A DNA stretch of 64,000 bases from Hyphomicrobiales bacterium (GCA_025353015.1 JANXRM010000218.1:271-64270); one strand, 5' to 3'. Positions 46,317 to 54,767 are shown, numbered from the stretch's first letter. Program-made: numbers and translations. The notes: generated by a model from the sequence alone, not told the origin.

Positions 46317-46991
46317 ATGGCGAAGGTATCGCGGATCATTGGAATGTCGACCTGCGTCCTCGTTTTGGCGCTGACCATTGGTTTTGCCGTTTTCGCAACC
46401 GCGTTGCGGGGTGAATTGCAGGCCGACGCAACCCCCGACGCCTCGACCGCCGACGGCATCGTCGTGCTCACGGGCGGTGACGAGCGCATCACTACGGGCT
46501 TGGAACTTATGGCCGATGGCCGCGGTCGCCGGCTCCTCATTTCCGGCGTCAATCGCGCCAATAGAAACCCCCAGGAGCTGTCACGTCGCATCGGCGAAGC
46601 ATTGCCGGCCTGTTGCATCGACCTCGGCTATCAGGCCATGAACACAATCGGCAACGCCGACGAAGCCCGTCATTGGGCGATGCGATGGGGATTCCGGAGC
46701 ATCATGGTTGTCACATCGGATTTCCATATGGCGCGGAGCCTTGTGGAATTTTCCCGCGCCATGCCGGACATCAAACTGATCGCCCATCCCGTACCGTCAC
46801 GCTTTGGCCGGCAACCCTGGTGGAGCAGCCGCGCGCTCGCACAGACACTGGCTCGCGAGTACATGAAACTCCTGGCCTCGTCGGCACGTCTTGGCGCCAG
46901 CCGTGTGATCAGCGCCTGCAATAATTTCATATATATCGAGCAGCAGCCGGTCGGGCACCCCCCACCCCGCGTCAGCCAAAGAACGGGTTGA
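46317..46991 (+). CDS. YdcF/SanA (DUF218) family protein
   Basis: N-terminal TM, then DGIVVLTGGDERI..LLISGVN and VVTSDFHMARS motifs. Confidence 0.75.
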   Translation: MAKVSRIIGMSTCVLVLALTIGFAVFATALRGELQADATPDASTADGIVVLTGGDERITTGLELMADGRGRRLLISGVNRANRNPQELSRRIGEALPACCIDLGYQAMNTIGNADEARHWAMRWGFRSIMVVTSDFHMARSLVEFSRAMPDIKLIAHPVPSRFGRQPWWSSRALAQTLAREYMKLLASSARLGASRVISACNNFIYIEQQPVGHPPPRVSQRTG

Positions 46992-47212
46992 TTGGCCGGG
47001 TTGACGTGCAGCTGCTATGGCCACGACCCCGCCGCTGCATGACTGCGACGGCTCATCTCAGCAAGCTCTGCACGATCTGCCACGATGTAGTATCGTGCCA
47101 TCGGCACCTGAAGCCGACATCGTGCGCCAGCTGTCGCGTCGCGGTGCAGGCTCGACGCACCCTGATCGGGTACCGCGACGAATTGAGGGCACAAACGGAG
47201 ACCGTCACGGAC

Positions 47213-47986
47213 ATGGTGAGATCGCTGATTTTCGCCGTAGCATTCTACGTCGTTACCGCTCTGTTTGTGATCCTCGGCATCTGGCTCTTGGCCGCGCCGC
47301 GCTCCTGGGCGATGCAAGGCTTGAAGCTACATGGCCAGACTTGCATCTGGCTGCTGCAAATGATCTGCGGCACGCGCATGGAAGTCAGAGGCATCGAGAA
47401 ACTGCCGGCAGGGCCCTGCCTGGTGGTGTCGAAGCACCAATCGGCATGGGACACATTCGCATTGATTCCACTGTTCAGCGACCCGGCTTTGGTATCGAAA
47501 GACGAGCTGAAATGGATCCCGATCTACGGCTGGTTCTGCTTGAAGTTCGAGCACATCATGGTGAAGCGCAATCGCGCCGCCGCAGCACTGAAACAGATGG
47601 TGGCCGATGCCAAGGCCAAGACCGGTGAGGGCCGCCAGATCTTGATCTTCCCGGAGGGCACCCGGCGCGTGCCCGGCGCACCCCCGGACTACAAGCCCGG
47701 CTATGTCGCTCTCTACGAAGGTATCGGCGTTCCATGCGTGCCGTTGGCGCTGAATTCCGGCCTCTTCTGGCCACGGCGCATTTTCATGCGCTATCCCGGC
47801 ACTATCGTCGTTGAACTCCTGGACCCCATCCCGCCAGGTGTGCCGCGGTCCGAATTTCGCCGCCGCGTGGAAACGGGCATCGAAGCCGCGAGCAATCGTC
47901 TGATTGCCGAGGCCGCAGCCCAACCAAATCCGCCGCCCATACCGATGGACGTGGCCAAAGCCGCTCAAATGAACGCGACCCAATAG
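47213..47986 (+). CDS. plsC: Lysophospholipid (1-acyl-sn-glycerol-3-phosphate) acyltransferase
   Basis: Trimmed to ATG 47213 (MVRSLIFAVAFY...). It has the acyltransferase motifs KHQSAWD (HX4D) and IFPEGTR. Confidence 0.8.
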   Translation: MVRSLIFAVAFYVVTALFVILGIWLLAAPRSWAMQGLKLHGQTCIWLLQMICGTRMEVRGIEKLPAGPCLVVSKHQSAWDTFALIPLFSDPALVSKDELKWIPIYGWFCLKFEHIMVKRNRAAAALKQMVADAKAKTGEGRQILIFPEGTRRVPGAPPDYKPGYVALYEGIGVPCVPLALNSGLFWPRRIFMRYPGTIVVELLDPIPPGVPRSEFRRRVETGIEAASNRLIAEAAAQPNPPPIPMDVAKAAQMNATQ

Positions 47987-48029
47987 CCGTCTCCCGTCCG
48001 CTTAGGCGCGCATTCTTGGACCATAACAT

Positions 48030-48044
48030 GAACATTAAAAGAAC
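48030..48044 (+). promoter_or_regulatory. Candidate LexA operator GAAC-N7-GAAC(AT) upstream of nrdJ
   Basis: catGAACattaaaaGAACattcg read directly, about 140 nt upstream of the nrdJ ATG in an AT-richer leader. Confidence 0.5.
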
Positions 48045-48181
48045 ATTCGTTGACAACGGGACGCTACCAGACTATTGAGACGTCCTGCAGCAAATTTATG
48101 CTGATCGACCAGAACAGCCAAATCAACGGCACCCGCCCTCGTAGTAGCAAGACTTCGCAACAGCCAGACAGTGCCATCGTC

Positions 48182-50629
48182 ATGTCCGCCTCGATCACGC
48201 TCCCGGCGATCGCCGAACAGATTTGGGACCAGAAATACCGCCTGAAGGCAGCGGACGGGCAGCCATTGGATGCGACCTTGGCCGACACCTGGAAACGTAT
48301 CGCCAAGGCCGCCGCCGCGCCGGAAAAAAAGCGCGACCGGGAACATTGGGAAAAGCGCTTTTTCGAGGCAATGAACGGGATGGAGTTCCTGCCGGCCGGC
48401 CGCATCATTGCGGGGGCAGGAAGTGGACGAGATGTGACGCTCTTCAATTGTTTCGTCATGGGCCGGATCGACGACGACCTGACGTCGATTTTCGACAACG
48501 TCAAGGAAGCCGCCCTGACCATGCAGCGCGGCGGCGGTATCGGCCACGATTTCTCGACGCTGCGGCCGTTTGGTGCCCCAGTGAAAAGCGTTGCTGCCGC
48601 AGCCTCTGGCCCTGTCAGCTTCATGGACGTCTGGGACGCGATGTGCCGTACGATCATGTCGGCCGGTCAGCGGCGTGGCGCGATGATGGCAACGCTGCGC
48701 TGCGATCATCCCGACATCGAGGCGTTCATCGACGCCAAGTCGGATCCGGCACGTTTGCGCAATTTCAATCTCTCGGTGCTAGTGACCGACGCGTTCATGA
48801 CGGCGGTAAAACAGGATCGCGACTGGGCGTTGACGTTCGATGGTACGATTTATCGCACCATCAAGGCCCAGGCACTCTGGGACCGGATCATGCGCGCGAC
48901 CTATGCCTACGCCGAGCCGGGCGTCATCTTCATCGACCGCATCAATCAGCGGAACAATCTCGCCTACTGCGAAGACATTCAGGCGACCAATCCTTGTGGC
49001 GAGCAGCCGCTGCCACCGCACGGCGCCTGCCTTCTCGGCTCGATCAATCTCACGCGCCTCGTCCGCGAGCCGTTTTCGGCAACAGCGCATGTCGATGAAA
49101 CGCGCCTCGAGGAACTTGCAGCGCTCGCCATTCGATTTCTCGACAACGTCATCGATATCTCGGCCTACCCGCTGCCCGCCCAGCGCCGGGAAGCCAAGGC
49201 AAAGCGCCGCATCGGGCTCGGGCTCACGGGCCTCGCCGATGCGCTCATCATGTGCGGAAAACACTACGGCGACCGAGACGCGATCGACCTGGCGAGCCGC
49301 TGGATGCAAACGATCGAACGCGCAGCCTACCTTGCGAGTGCGGCTTTGGCAGCCGAGAAGGGCGCGTTTCCGCTTTATGACGCAGCCGCATTTCTGGCAG
49401 CACCCAATGTTGCAAAACTTCCCCCCGAGGTCCGGGAGGCCATCGGTCGGCACGGCATCCGCAATGGTTGCCTGACGTCGATCGCCCCGACCGGCACGAT
49501 TTCGCTGCTCGCTGGCAATGTCTCGAGCGGGATCGAGCCGGTCTTCGACCTGAGCTTCACCCGCCGTATCCGCGAAGCTGGCGACACCGTGCGCGAGGAG
49601 CAGGTGGAGGATTTCGCCTACGCCGTCTTTCGCGAGCGGATGGGATCCGACGCACCTCTGCCCACCGCGTTCGTCACGAGCAGCGCACTTGCGCCCGGTG
49701 ATCACCTGGCCATGCAGGCCGAGATCCAGCGCCATATAGACAGCTCCATCTCGAAGACTATCAACTGTCCCGAAGTGATTTCGTTCGAAGCCTTCAAGAG
49801 CATCTACGCCGACGCCTACGCCCAAGGCCTCAAAGGCTGCACGACGTTCCGGCCGAATGCGGTCACCGGCTCAATTCTGACTGCCCCGAACTCGATTGCA
49901 TCGCAGCCGTCGCCGACGCCGGCAGCAGTCTTGGGATCGGAAAACCCTGCGGCCTCGGCAATTGCGAAGCTCCCGCAACCCGCATCCGCGCCCGAAGCCC
50001 CCGTTGAACATGATACTCCACTCGCACAGGCGGAGAATGGCGTCGTCTACATGTCGCGCCCGCTCGAACGCGATCAAGCGCTGCCCGGCTACACATACAA
50101 GCTCAAATGGGCCGGTAGCGATCACGCCATTTACATCACCATCAACGACATCGAGCGCGACGGGCGGCGGCGGCCGTTCGAAATCTTCATCAACACAAAG
50201 AATCTAGAGCATTACGCCTGGACCGTTGCCCTCACGCGCATGATTAGCGCAGTATTCCGCCGCGGCGGCGACGTCACGTTTGTCGTTGATGAGCTGAAAG
50301 CGGTGTTCGATCCCCAGGGCGGCCAATGGATGGACGGCCGCTATGTCCCAAGCCTTCTTGCCGCCATCGGCGAAATAATCGAAGGCCACATGCGCCGAAC
50401 CGGGTTTCTCTCCGTCGCGCCAGCGCAATCGCAACCCATTCCGAAAGCCGCGATACAAGCCACCAAACCTGGCGTCCCGATTGGCCAGGCCTTCGGAACA
50501 GGCCCTGGCACCGAGATCTCAGGAAGGCCTGAAACCGGAAAAAGATGCCCACGTTGCCAATCCGGGACGATTGTGCTGGACTCGGGCTGCTGGACGTGCC
50601 GTGATTGCGGCTATTCGAAATGCGGTTAA
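48182..50629 (+). CDS. nrdJ: Class II (adenosylcobalamin-dependent) ribonucleotide reductase with a C-terminal Cys4 zinc ribbon
   Basis: Trimmed to ATG 48182. It has NPCGEQPL, TISLLAGNVSSGIEP and SKTINCP motifs, and the C-terminus CPRCQSG...CWTCRDCGYSKCG. Confidence 0.9.
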   Translation: MSASITLPAIAEQIWDQKYRLKAADGQPLDATLADTWKRIAKAAAAPEKKRDREHWEKRFFEAMNGMEFLPAGRIIAGAGSGRDVTLFNCFVMGRIDDDLTSIFDNVKEAALTMQRGGGIGHDFSTLRPFGAPVKSVAAAASGPVSFMDVWDAMCRTIMSAGQRRGAMMATLRCDHPDIEAFIDAKSDPARLRNFNLSVLVTDAFMTAVKQDRDWALTFDGTIYRTIKAQALWDRIMRATYAYAEPGVIFIDRINQRNNLAYCEDIQATNPCGEQPLPPHGACLLGSINLTRLVREPFSATAHVDETRLEELAALAIRFLDNVIDISAYPLPAQRREAKAKRRIGLGLTGLADALIMCGKHYGDRDAIDLASRWMQTIERAAYLASAALAAEKGAFPLYDAAAFLAAPNVAKLPPEVREAIGRHGIRNGCLTSIAPTGTISLLAGNVSSGIEPVFDLSFTRRIREAGDTVREEQVEDFAYAVFRERMGSDAPLPTAFVTSSALAPGDHLAMQAEIQRHIDSSISKTINCPEVISFEAFKSIYADAYAQGLKGCTTFRPNAVTGSILTAPNSIASQPSPTPAAVLGSENPAASAIAKLPQPASAPEAPVEHDTPLAQAENGVVYMSRPLERDQALPGYTYKLKWAGSDHAIYITINDIERDGRRRPFEIFINTKNLEHYAWTVALTRMISAVFRRGGDVTFVVDELKAVFDPQGGQWMDGRYVPSLLAAIGEIIEGHMRRTGFLSVAPAQSQPIPKAAIQATKPGVPIGQAFGTGPGTEISGRPETGKRCPRCQSGTIVLDSGCWTCRDCGYSKCG

Positions 50630-50846
50630 GGCTGTAATTTTTGGCGACCAAATTTTCACTACGACATCTGAACCAGACGGCGCACAGCGTTTATTCTAAT
50701 GCAAATTTCAACTTTCACGGCCAAACGTGACCTCATCACAAAAATGCGATCAGTCCTGATTTTTGCTTGAAACACAGCGTAACAATCCCATGTCTTTTGT
50801 GAACAAGTGCTTGCAAACGCTTCAAGTCAGATCGAGAGTAATAGCC

Positions 50847-51248
50847 ATGCGGCATGCGATCGAACAGTTCGGCGCCGTTTATGGACGGTCCAACGGCAAG
50901 AGTGCGGAGCTTTCAGCTCCGTTGGCGGTCGAGTCTTGGCTTGGTGCGTCTGGCCGCCGTTTCCGGCACACCGTCTACAGCCTGATCGGTTGCCCTGCTC
51001 CTGAAACCGCCAATTTCATTTTGGTGCGCCGTGGCGCTGATGGCCGGAGCCAAGTCCTCGCCATCGGTCGCACCGAGACGACGACGGCGAGCCTCAATCT
51101 CGCGCGCATTCGTCGCGAAGGCGCAACACTCGGCGCCAACGAGGTTCACATGTACAATCAGGCGCTTTCGGATCAGGCACGAGCCGAGATCAATTTCGAC
51201 ATTGCGACAGCCCACGACGGTTCCGCCACCACATCGATCCATCACTGA
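50847..51248 (+). CDS. Hypothetical protein (133 aa)
   Basis: Trimmed to ATG 50847 (MRHAIEQFG...), preceded by GAGAG. The composition is protein-like and the ORF is followed by a strong terminator. No family recognised. Confidence 0.5.
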   Translation: MRHAIEQFGAVYGRSNGKSAELSAPLAVESWLGASGRRFRHTVYSLIGCPAPETANFILVRRGADGRSQVLAIGRTETTTASLNLARIRREGATLGANEVHMYNQALSDQARAEINFDIATAHDGSATTSIHH

Positions 51249-51370
51249 TCGCTCTGCGGCGGCTCAAATAGCTGGGTGCGGACGGCCGCTTCTGTCGCGA
51301 AGCGCGCATCTATCGCACCCGATCTCCATCGAACCGCACACCAAAAATGAAATCCGTCAAAAATACAAAA

Positions 51371-51397
51371 CCCGGCGAATTCAATCGCCGGGTTTTC
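51371..51397. terminator. Bidirectional intrinsic terminator
   Basis: aaaa-cccggcga-attcaa-tcgccggg-ttttc: an 8-bp GC stem flanked by an A-run and a T-run, between convergent ORFs. Confidence 0.65.
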
Positions 51398-51528
51398 TCA
51401 TGTCGAGTGTCCGTGCTGATCGAGTGACCGTGCTAAAAAAACTGAACATCATGAGTTCGCCACGCACCGGATGCGGCTGCGGATGCGGTTGCCGCCATGC
51501 TCCGGAAGGCATAGCCCGTCAAACACGA

Positions 51529-51774
51529 TCAGGCGACGCGGCGCACCGGCACTCGGCTGAGGCTCTCGGCGACGAGTTCGACGGCCCGGCTCCAGTCCGT
51601 CACAGATTTTGCATCGAGACCAAACGCAGTCGCCGCGTCGGCGGGACTGCCGCCATCACGAAAAATGCGCGCGCAGGCCTGCCGCGCATAACCGAGGCTC
51701 TGGTTCCATTGCACGGGATTGATGTGCGCGGGGCCAGCTTCGCGGATGGTCCGGGGGCTCATGGAGAGGATCAT
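51529..51774 (-). CDS. Hypothetical small protein (81 aa) with an HTH-like segment
   Basis: Track ORF 51529..51960 trimmed to ATG 51774 (MILSMSPRTIRE...), preceded by GGAAGTGAG. GGSPADAATAFGLDAKSVTDW looks like a helix-turn-helix. Confidence 0.4.
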   Translation of the reverse strand: MILSMSPRTIREAGPAHINPVQWNQSLGYARQACARIFRDGGSPADAATAFGLDAKSVTDWSRAVELVAESLSRVPVRRVA

Positions 51775-52249
51775 GGGGCGCTCACTTCCGTTGTTTGAAT
51801 TCACGCTGACTTCAATCACGAAGTTTCGAGAAGGACGGCAAGCACCAGGAGCGCTCTGGCAGCACCACGCGAGACCATGCCATATGCCGCTTAGAGAGAC
51901 CGGAGTCGATCGCTCGAGGCACTTGCCGTTTTCTTGGGAGCGGCGGGTTCGCCGCTCCAATCCTCTATCGAAGCCTTCGTTGCGGATGCTCAGTGCATCC
52001 GGCTTCTGTCACTGTCTTCAACGCTCGAAAACTTGGCCGACGCCTCGGCCACAACGCGGACGCGACTGAGAACTGAACTCAACGCTGAACCAACCTGACG
52101 CCACTCACCAACATCTGACGCCAACTGACGGGTACGATCACTGACGCCACGCTCACGCGATACTGACGCAACGGATACCAACGCAACCGGAACCACTGAC
52201 GCGACTGACGCAACCTTCGACATGGGAGACTCGATTTTTTTCTAAAAAC

Positions 52250-52438
52250 GCTTGCACCAACTCAAACGCGACGACGCAACTGAAGCAGAACGCAACAAAG
52301 CAACCAGCACAAACGCGACACCACTCAACGCGACCGACGGAACACCAGACTGACGCGACAAACCCGTTTTCGTCTTATCGGCGAGCCGCTGCTGCAGACG
52401 CCCCAACCTGGAGGCACCAGCCGCTCGCCTTATTTTTT
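52250..52438 (+). ncRNA. Candidate C/A-rich small RNA ending at an intrinsic terminator (5' end unknown)
   Basis: About 130 nt of nearly T-free C/A-rich sequence is followed by the 52380-52438 terminator. No ORF is possible on this strand (frequent TGA). No Rfam family recognised. Confidence 0.2.
52380..52438 (+). terminator. Intrinsic terminator (11/12-bp stem plus T-tract)
   Basis: ggcgagccgctg (52380-52391) pairs with cagccgctcgcc (52418-52429) with one C-C mismatch, followed by ttatttttt. Confidence 0.5.
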
Positions 52439-52935
52439 GCTACATACTTTCCAGTACGCTTTTGGGGCCACAAGAACGCGACGCAAAAGAAATGGGCCCA
52501 GACGCAGGTACATAGAACTCAGGTACAGACGCACGTGGACGCAACAGGGACGCAACTTTACGCTCGACCAAGACGCTACCGACACCACTCACACCACGAA
52601 CGCGACGCTTACAAAATTCGATACGGCACCCACTGGAGATGGCCGACTGCACAACACGAACCCGAGAACACTCGTCACCCTGGCTACTGACCGATACGCT
52701 GGCCTTCGAAAATCGACGCTGGAACAAAACTGCCGTGGGACGTACGCCACTCACTCTACTTTCGGGGGCACTCTGGAACTGGATCATCGACTTGATCATC
52801 CCCCCGTTCTCGCTCGTTCCTGACACTGCGGTTTGTTGAAGTGCGTGTCGTGTGCCGCGAACGAGGCCTATATAGCCGTTGCTTTGTGACCACACCGCGA
52901 CTGAAAAATGGACCGTTCGTGGTATTATCCTGACA

Positions 52936-52950
52936 GAACATTCACAGAAC
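52936..52950 (+). promoter_or_regulatory. Candidate LexA operator GAAC-N7-GAAC(AT) with no obvious target gene
   Basis: acaGAACattcacaGAACatc read directly, in non-coding DNA 79 nt from the dsbB-like stop. Confidence 0.45.
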
Positions 52951-53016
52951 ATCAAGGGCTCAGCAAATACGGGCTTGGCACCGGCGAGCGGTGTTAGAAA
53001 ACATGAATTCGGTGCT

Positions 53017-53025
53017 TGTGGATAA
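53017..53025 (-). promoter_or_regulatory. Perfect DnaA box (TTATCCACA on the minus strand)
   Basis: The plus strand reads TGTGGATAA. It is a single site and possibly chance. Confidence 0.2.
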
Positions 53026-53028
53026 CTT

Positions 53029-53565
53029 TCAGGTCCGTTTCGACGGAAACCGCTCGGACGCAGCAAAAGCGGCTTGCAGCGACGCGATGAAGGTCACGAA
53101 TGACGTCAGTACGTTCCATCCAGCGAACGACAGGCCGGCCAAGCGCCACGAAGCCACATCGCAACGCGCGACAACCGTTGTCGCGAGCTTGTCCAACAAG
53201 CCGCCCGCCCCCGGCGCCAAGGGCTTCAACGTGGCCGTGCAGGTGTCCGGGCCAGGCCAGAATTTCCATTCCACGCCAGAGTGATAGATCCCAAGCCCCG
53301 CATTGGCGAGGAAGCCGAGCGAAACAGCGAAAAACAGCAAGGCCGCGAACTTCGGTCGCTCGGCCGCCACCAGCACCAGCGCCAGAAACAGCGCCGGCAC
53401 TCCGGCATAATAAGCCCAGCGCTGCATCCGACAGAGGGAACAGGGGTCGTAGCCGCCGTAGAACTCGAAGGCCAGCGCCGCCAGGATCGTGCCAAGTGCG
53501 AGCATCAGCGCAAAGGCCCCCGCGCGATAGGCAGGCTGGGCCATTTCAGGCGCACGATAGACCAT
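53029..53565 (-). CDS. dsbB: Disulfide bond formation protein B family
   Basis: Trimmed to ATG 53565, preceded by GGAG. It has 4 TM segments, the first periplasmic loop CSLC (CxxC) and a second Cys pair (C...C) in loop 2. Confidence 0.7.
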   Translation of the reverse strand: MVYRAPEMAQPAYRAGAFALMLALGTILAALAFEFYGGYDPCSLCRMQRWAYYAGVPALFLALVLVAAERPKFAALLFFAVSLGFLANAGLGIYHSGVEWKFWPGPDTCTATLKPLAPGAGGLLDKLATTVVARCDVASWRLAGLSFAGWNVLTSFVTFIASLQAAFAASERFPSKRT

Positions 53566-53709
53566 GGGAACTCCAAACGACGCGACACAACGACGACCAA
53601 GGTGGACGATCACACCAGATAGCGATGAACTGCGAAGCCAGCAAGACAGCCATCACGATTGGCCGTCATTTGTGGCGCCGTTGCGATTCATGGCCTCGAA
53701 CCGGCGATC

Positions 53710-54321
53710 TCAGCAAGCGCCCAAACTGCCCGCGCCGCCGAGCATTTTCGCCGCAAAATAAAGGGCGATCAGCGCCGCTGCTGCGACACCCGCAATCAAC
53801 CCCAACCGCTTCTCGATGAAGGCTTTGATTGATTCGCCATATCGGTTGAGCGCCCAACCCAGCGCAAAGAACCGCGCACCACGCGCAATCAGGCACGAGA
53901 CGATAAAAAACGGCAGCCCCACATTGACGACGCCCGAGAGGATCGTCACGATTTTGATCGGCGGCAGGTGCGAAAGCCCCGACGTCACCAGCAGCAGCAT
54001 CGTCGTGTCGCGTCCGACGCAAGCCTTGAGATGCTCGAAGGCGTCGAGCTTGCCATAAAACTTGAGAATCGGCGCCGCTAGCGCATCGAAGGCATAGGCC
54101 CCGAGCAGATAGCCGGCGATGCCCCCAAGTGTCGACGCGATGGTTGCAATCAGGGCATAGCGGTAGGCGCGCTCCGGCTTGGCCAGCACCATCGGCAGAA
54201 ACAACACGTCCGCCGGCACCAGGAAAAACGAGCTTTCGATGAACGCGATGATGCCGAGCCAAGCCTCGGCCGACTTGCGAGCGCCGAGCGAAAGGGTCCA
54301 GTCATAGAGGCGTCGGATCAT
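53710..54321 (-). CDS. YqaA/DedA (SNARE-associated) family membrane protein
   Basis: 203 aa; LGIIAFIESSFFLVPADVL motif and multiple TM segments. Confidence 0.75.
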   Translation of the reverse strand: MIRRLYDWTLSLGARKSAEAWLGIIAFIESSFFLVPADVLFLPMVLAKPERAYRYALIATIASTLGGIAGYLLGAYAFDALAAPILKFYGKLDAFEHLKACVGRDTTMLLLVTSGLSHLPPIKIVTILSGVVNVGLPFFIVSCLIARGARFFALGWALNRYGESIKAFIEKRLGLIAGVAAAALIALYFAAKMLGGAGSLGAC

Positions 54322-54454
54322 GGGATGCGCCCAGGTTTATAAGCATGTTGTGCGACGACAGTGCTGACCGCACATAGCCAAGAGCGCCCTCGGGGTCGAT
54401 GTGGCGTGTCGCCCAGACCCCGTTCATCCAATTGGTCCCCGCCAAGTATCCAAC

Positions 54455-54482
54455 AAAAAAGGGGCCGGTGATGACCGGCCCC
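54455..54482 (-). terminator. Intrinsic terminator of the 54528..54767 ORF
   Basis: The minus strand reads ggggccggt-catc-accggcccc followed by tttttt. Confidence 0.7.
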
Positions 54483-54527
54483 AGGTGGTCCCAGGGAGGG
54501 ATCGAGATTCAGAAACGACAACGCCGG

Positions 54528-54767
54528 TCAGAACGGCCGGCCATACCTGAGGCTTTCCATGCTGATCAGTGACGCACGGTCGATGTCGGCTTCCTCCGGC
54601 GGCGGCCCGGCATCATCGCTGCGCCGGCCGAATACCGCCTCGACCAACCGACGCATGAAAACTGAGCGTTCTCGATGAGCCCGCTGCACGGCAGTCTGAA
54701 ACAACGCGCGCTGCGCCTCGTAAAGCGGATTTTCCATCGTCATTTTAGTGTTGGTGCTCATGATCAT
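54528..54767 (-). CDS. Hypothetical small protein (79 aa)
   Basis: ORF followed by a strong terminator and divergent from the LysR gene. No family recognised. Confidence 0.45.
   Translation of the reverse strand: MIMSTNTKMTMENPLYEAQRALFQTAVQRAHRERSVFMRRLVEAVFGRRSDDAGPPPEEADIDRASLISMESLRYGRPF

Noticed and set aside
47990-48181. Cobalamin riboswitch or NrdR boxes in the nrdJ leader.
   Set aside because: No B12-box-like GCCACTG core and no paired NrdR palindromes are visible. The only clear motif is the GAAC-N7-GAAC repeat.
51444-51458. GAACATcatgaGTTC as a fifth LexA box.
   Set aside because: Its geometry is an inverted repeat (GAAC-N7-GTTC), not the direct repeat used by alphaproteobacterial LexA. 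It also lies downstream of both flanking genes. I noted it only as a related half-site.
51451-51530. Mini-ORF encoding a Cys-Gly repeat (MSSPRTGCGCGCGCRHAPEG...), as a possible RiPP or metallothionein-like peptide.
   Set aside because: It has no Shine-Dalgarno sequence. The frame runs on for about 115 codons antisense into the neighbouring gene. The CG repeat derives from a short ggatgcgg[c/t]tgc DNA duplication.
51990-52223. 77-aa minus-strand ORF (MSKVASVASVVPVALVSVASVS...).
   Set aside because: Its VAS/ASV periodicity is simply the translation of the CTGACGC repeats. It has no convincing Shine-Dalgarno sequence and is low-complexity. I cannot fully exclude a real small protein; ribosome profiling would decide.
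52437-53066. ORFs 52437..52823(+, 128 aa), 52440..53066(-, 208 aa), 52639..52839(+, 66 aa) and 52756..52941(-, 61 aa).
   Set aside because: They are Thr/Arg- or Ser/Arg/Val-rich with odd composition, mutually overlapping, and have no RBS or an RBS directly abutting the start. I treat the region as non-coding.
52991-53284. 97-aa plus-strand ORF just downstream of the orphan LexA box (MNSVLVDNFQVRF... from ATG 53003).
   Set aside because: It is almost entirely antisense to the dsbB-like gene and has no clear RBS. I mention it only as a possible target in the finding and did not call it as a CDS.
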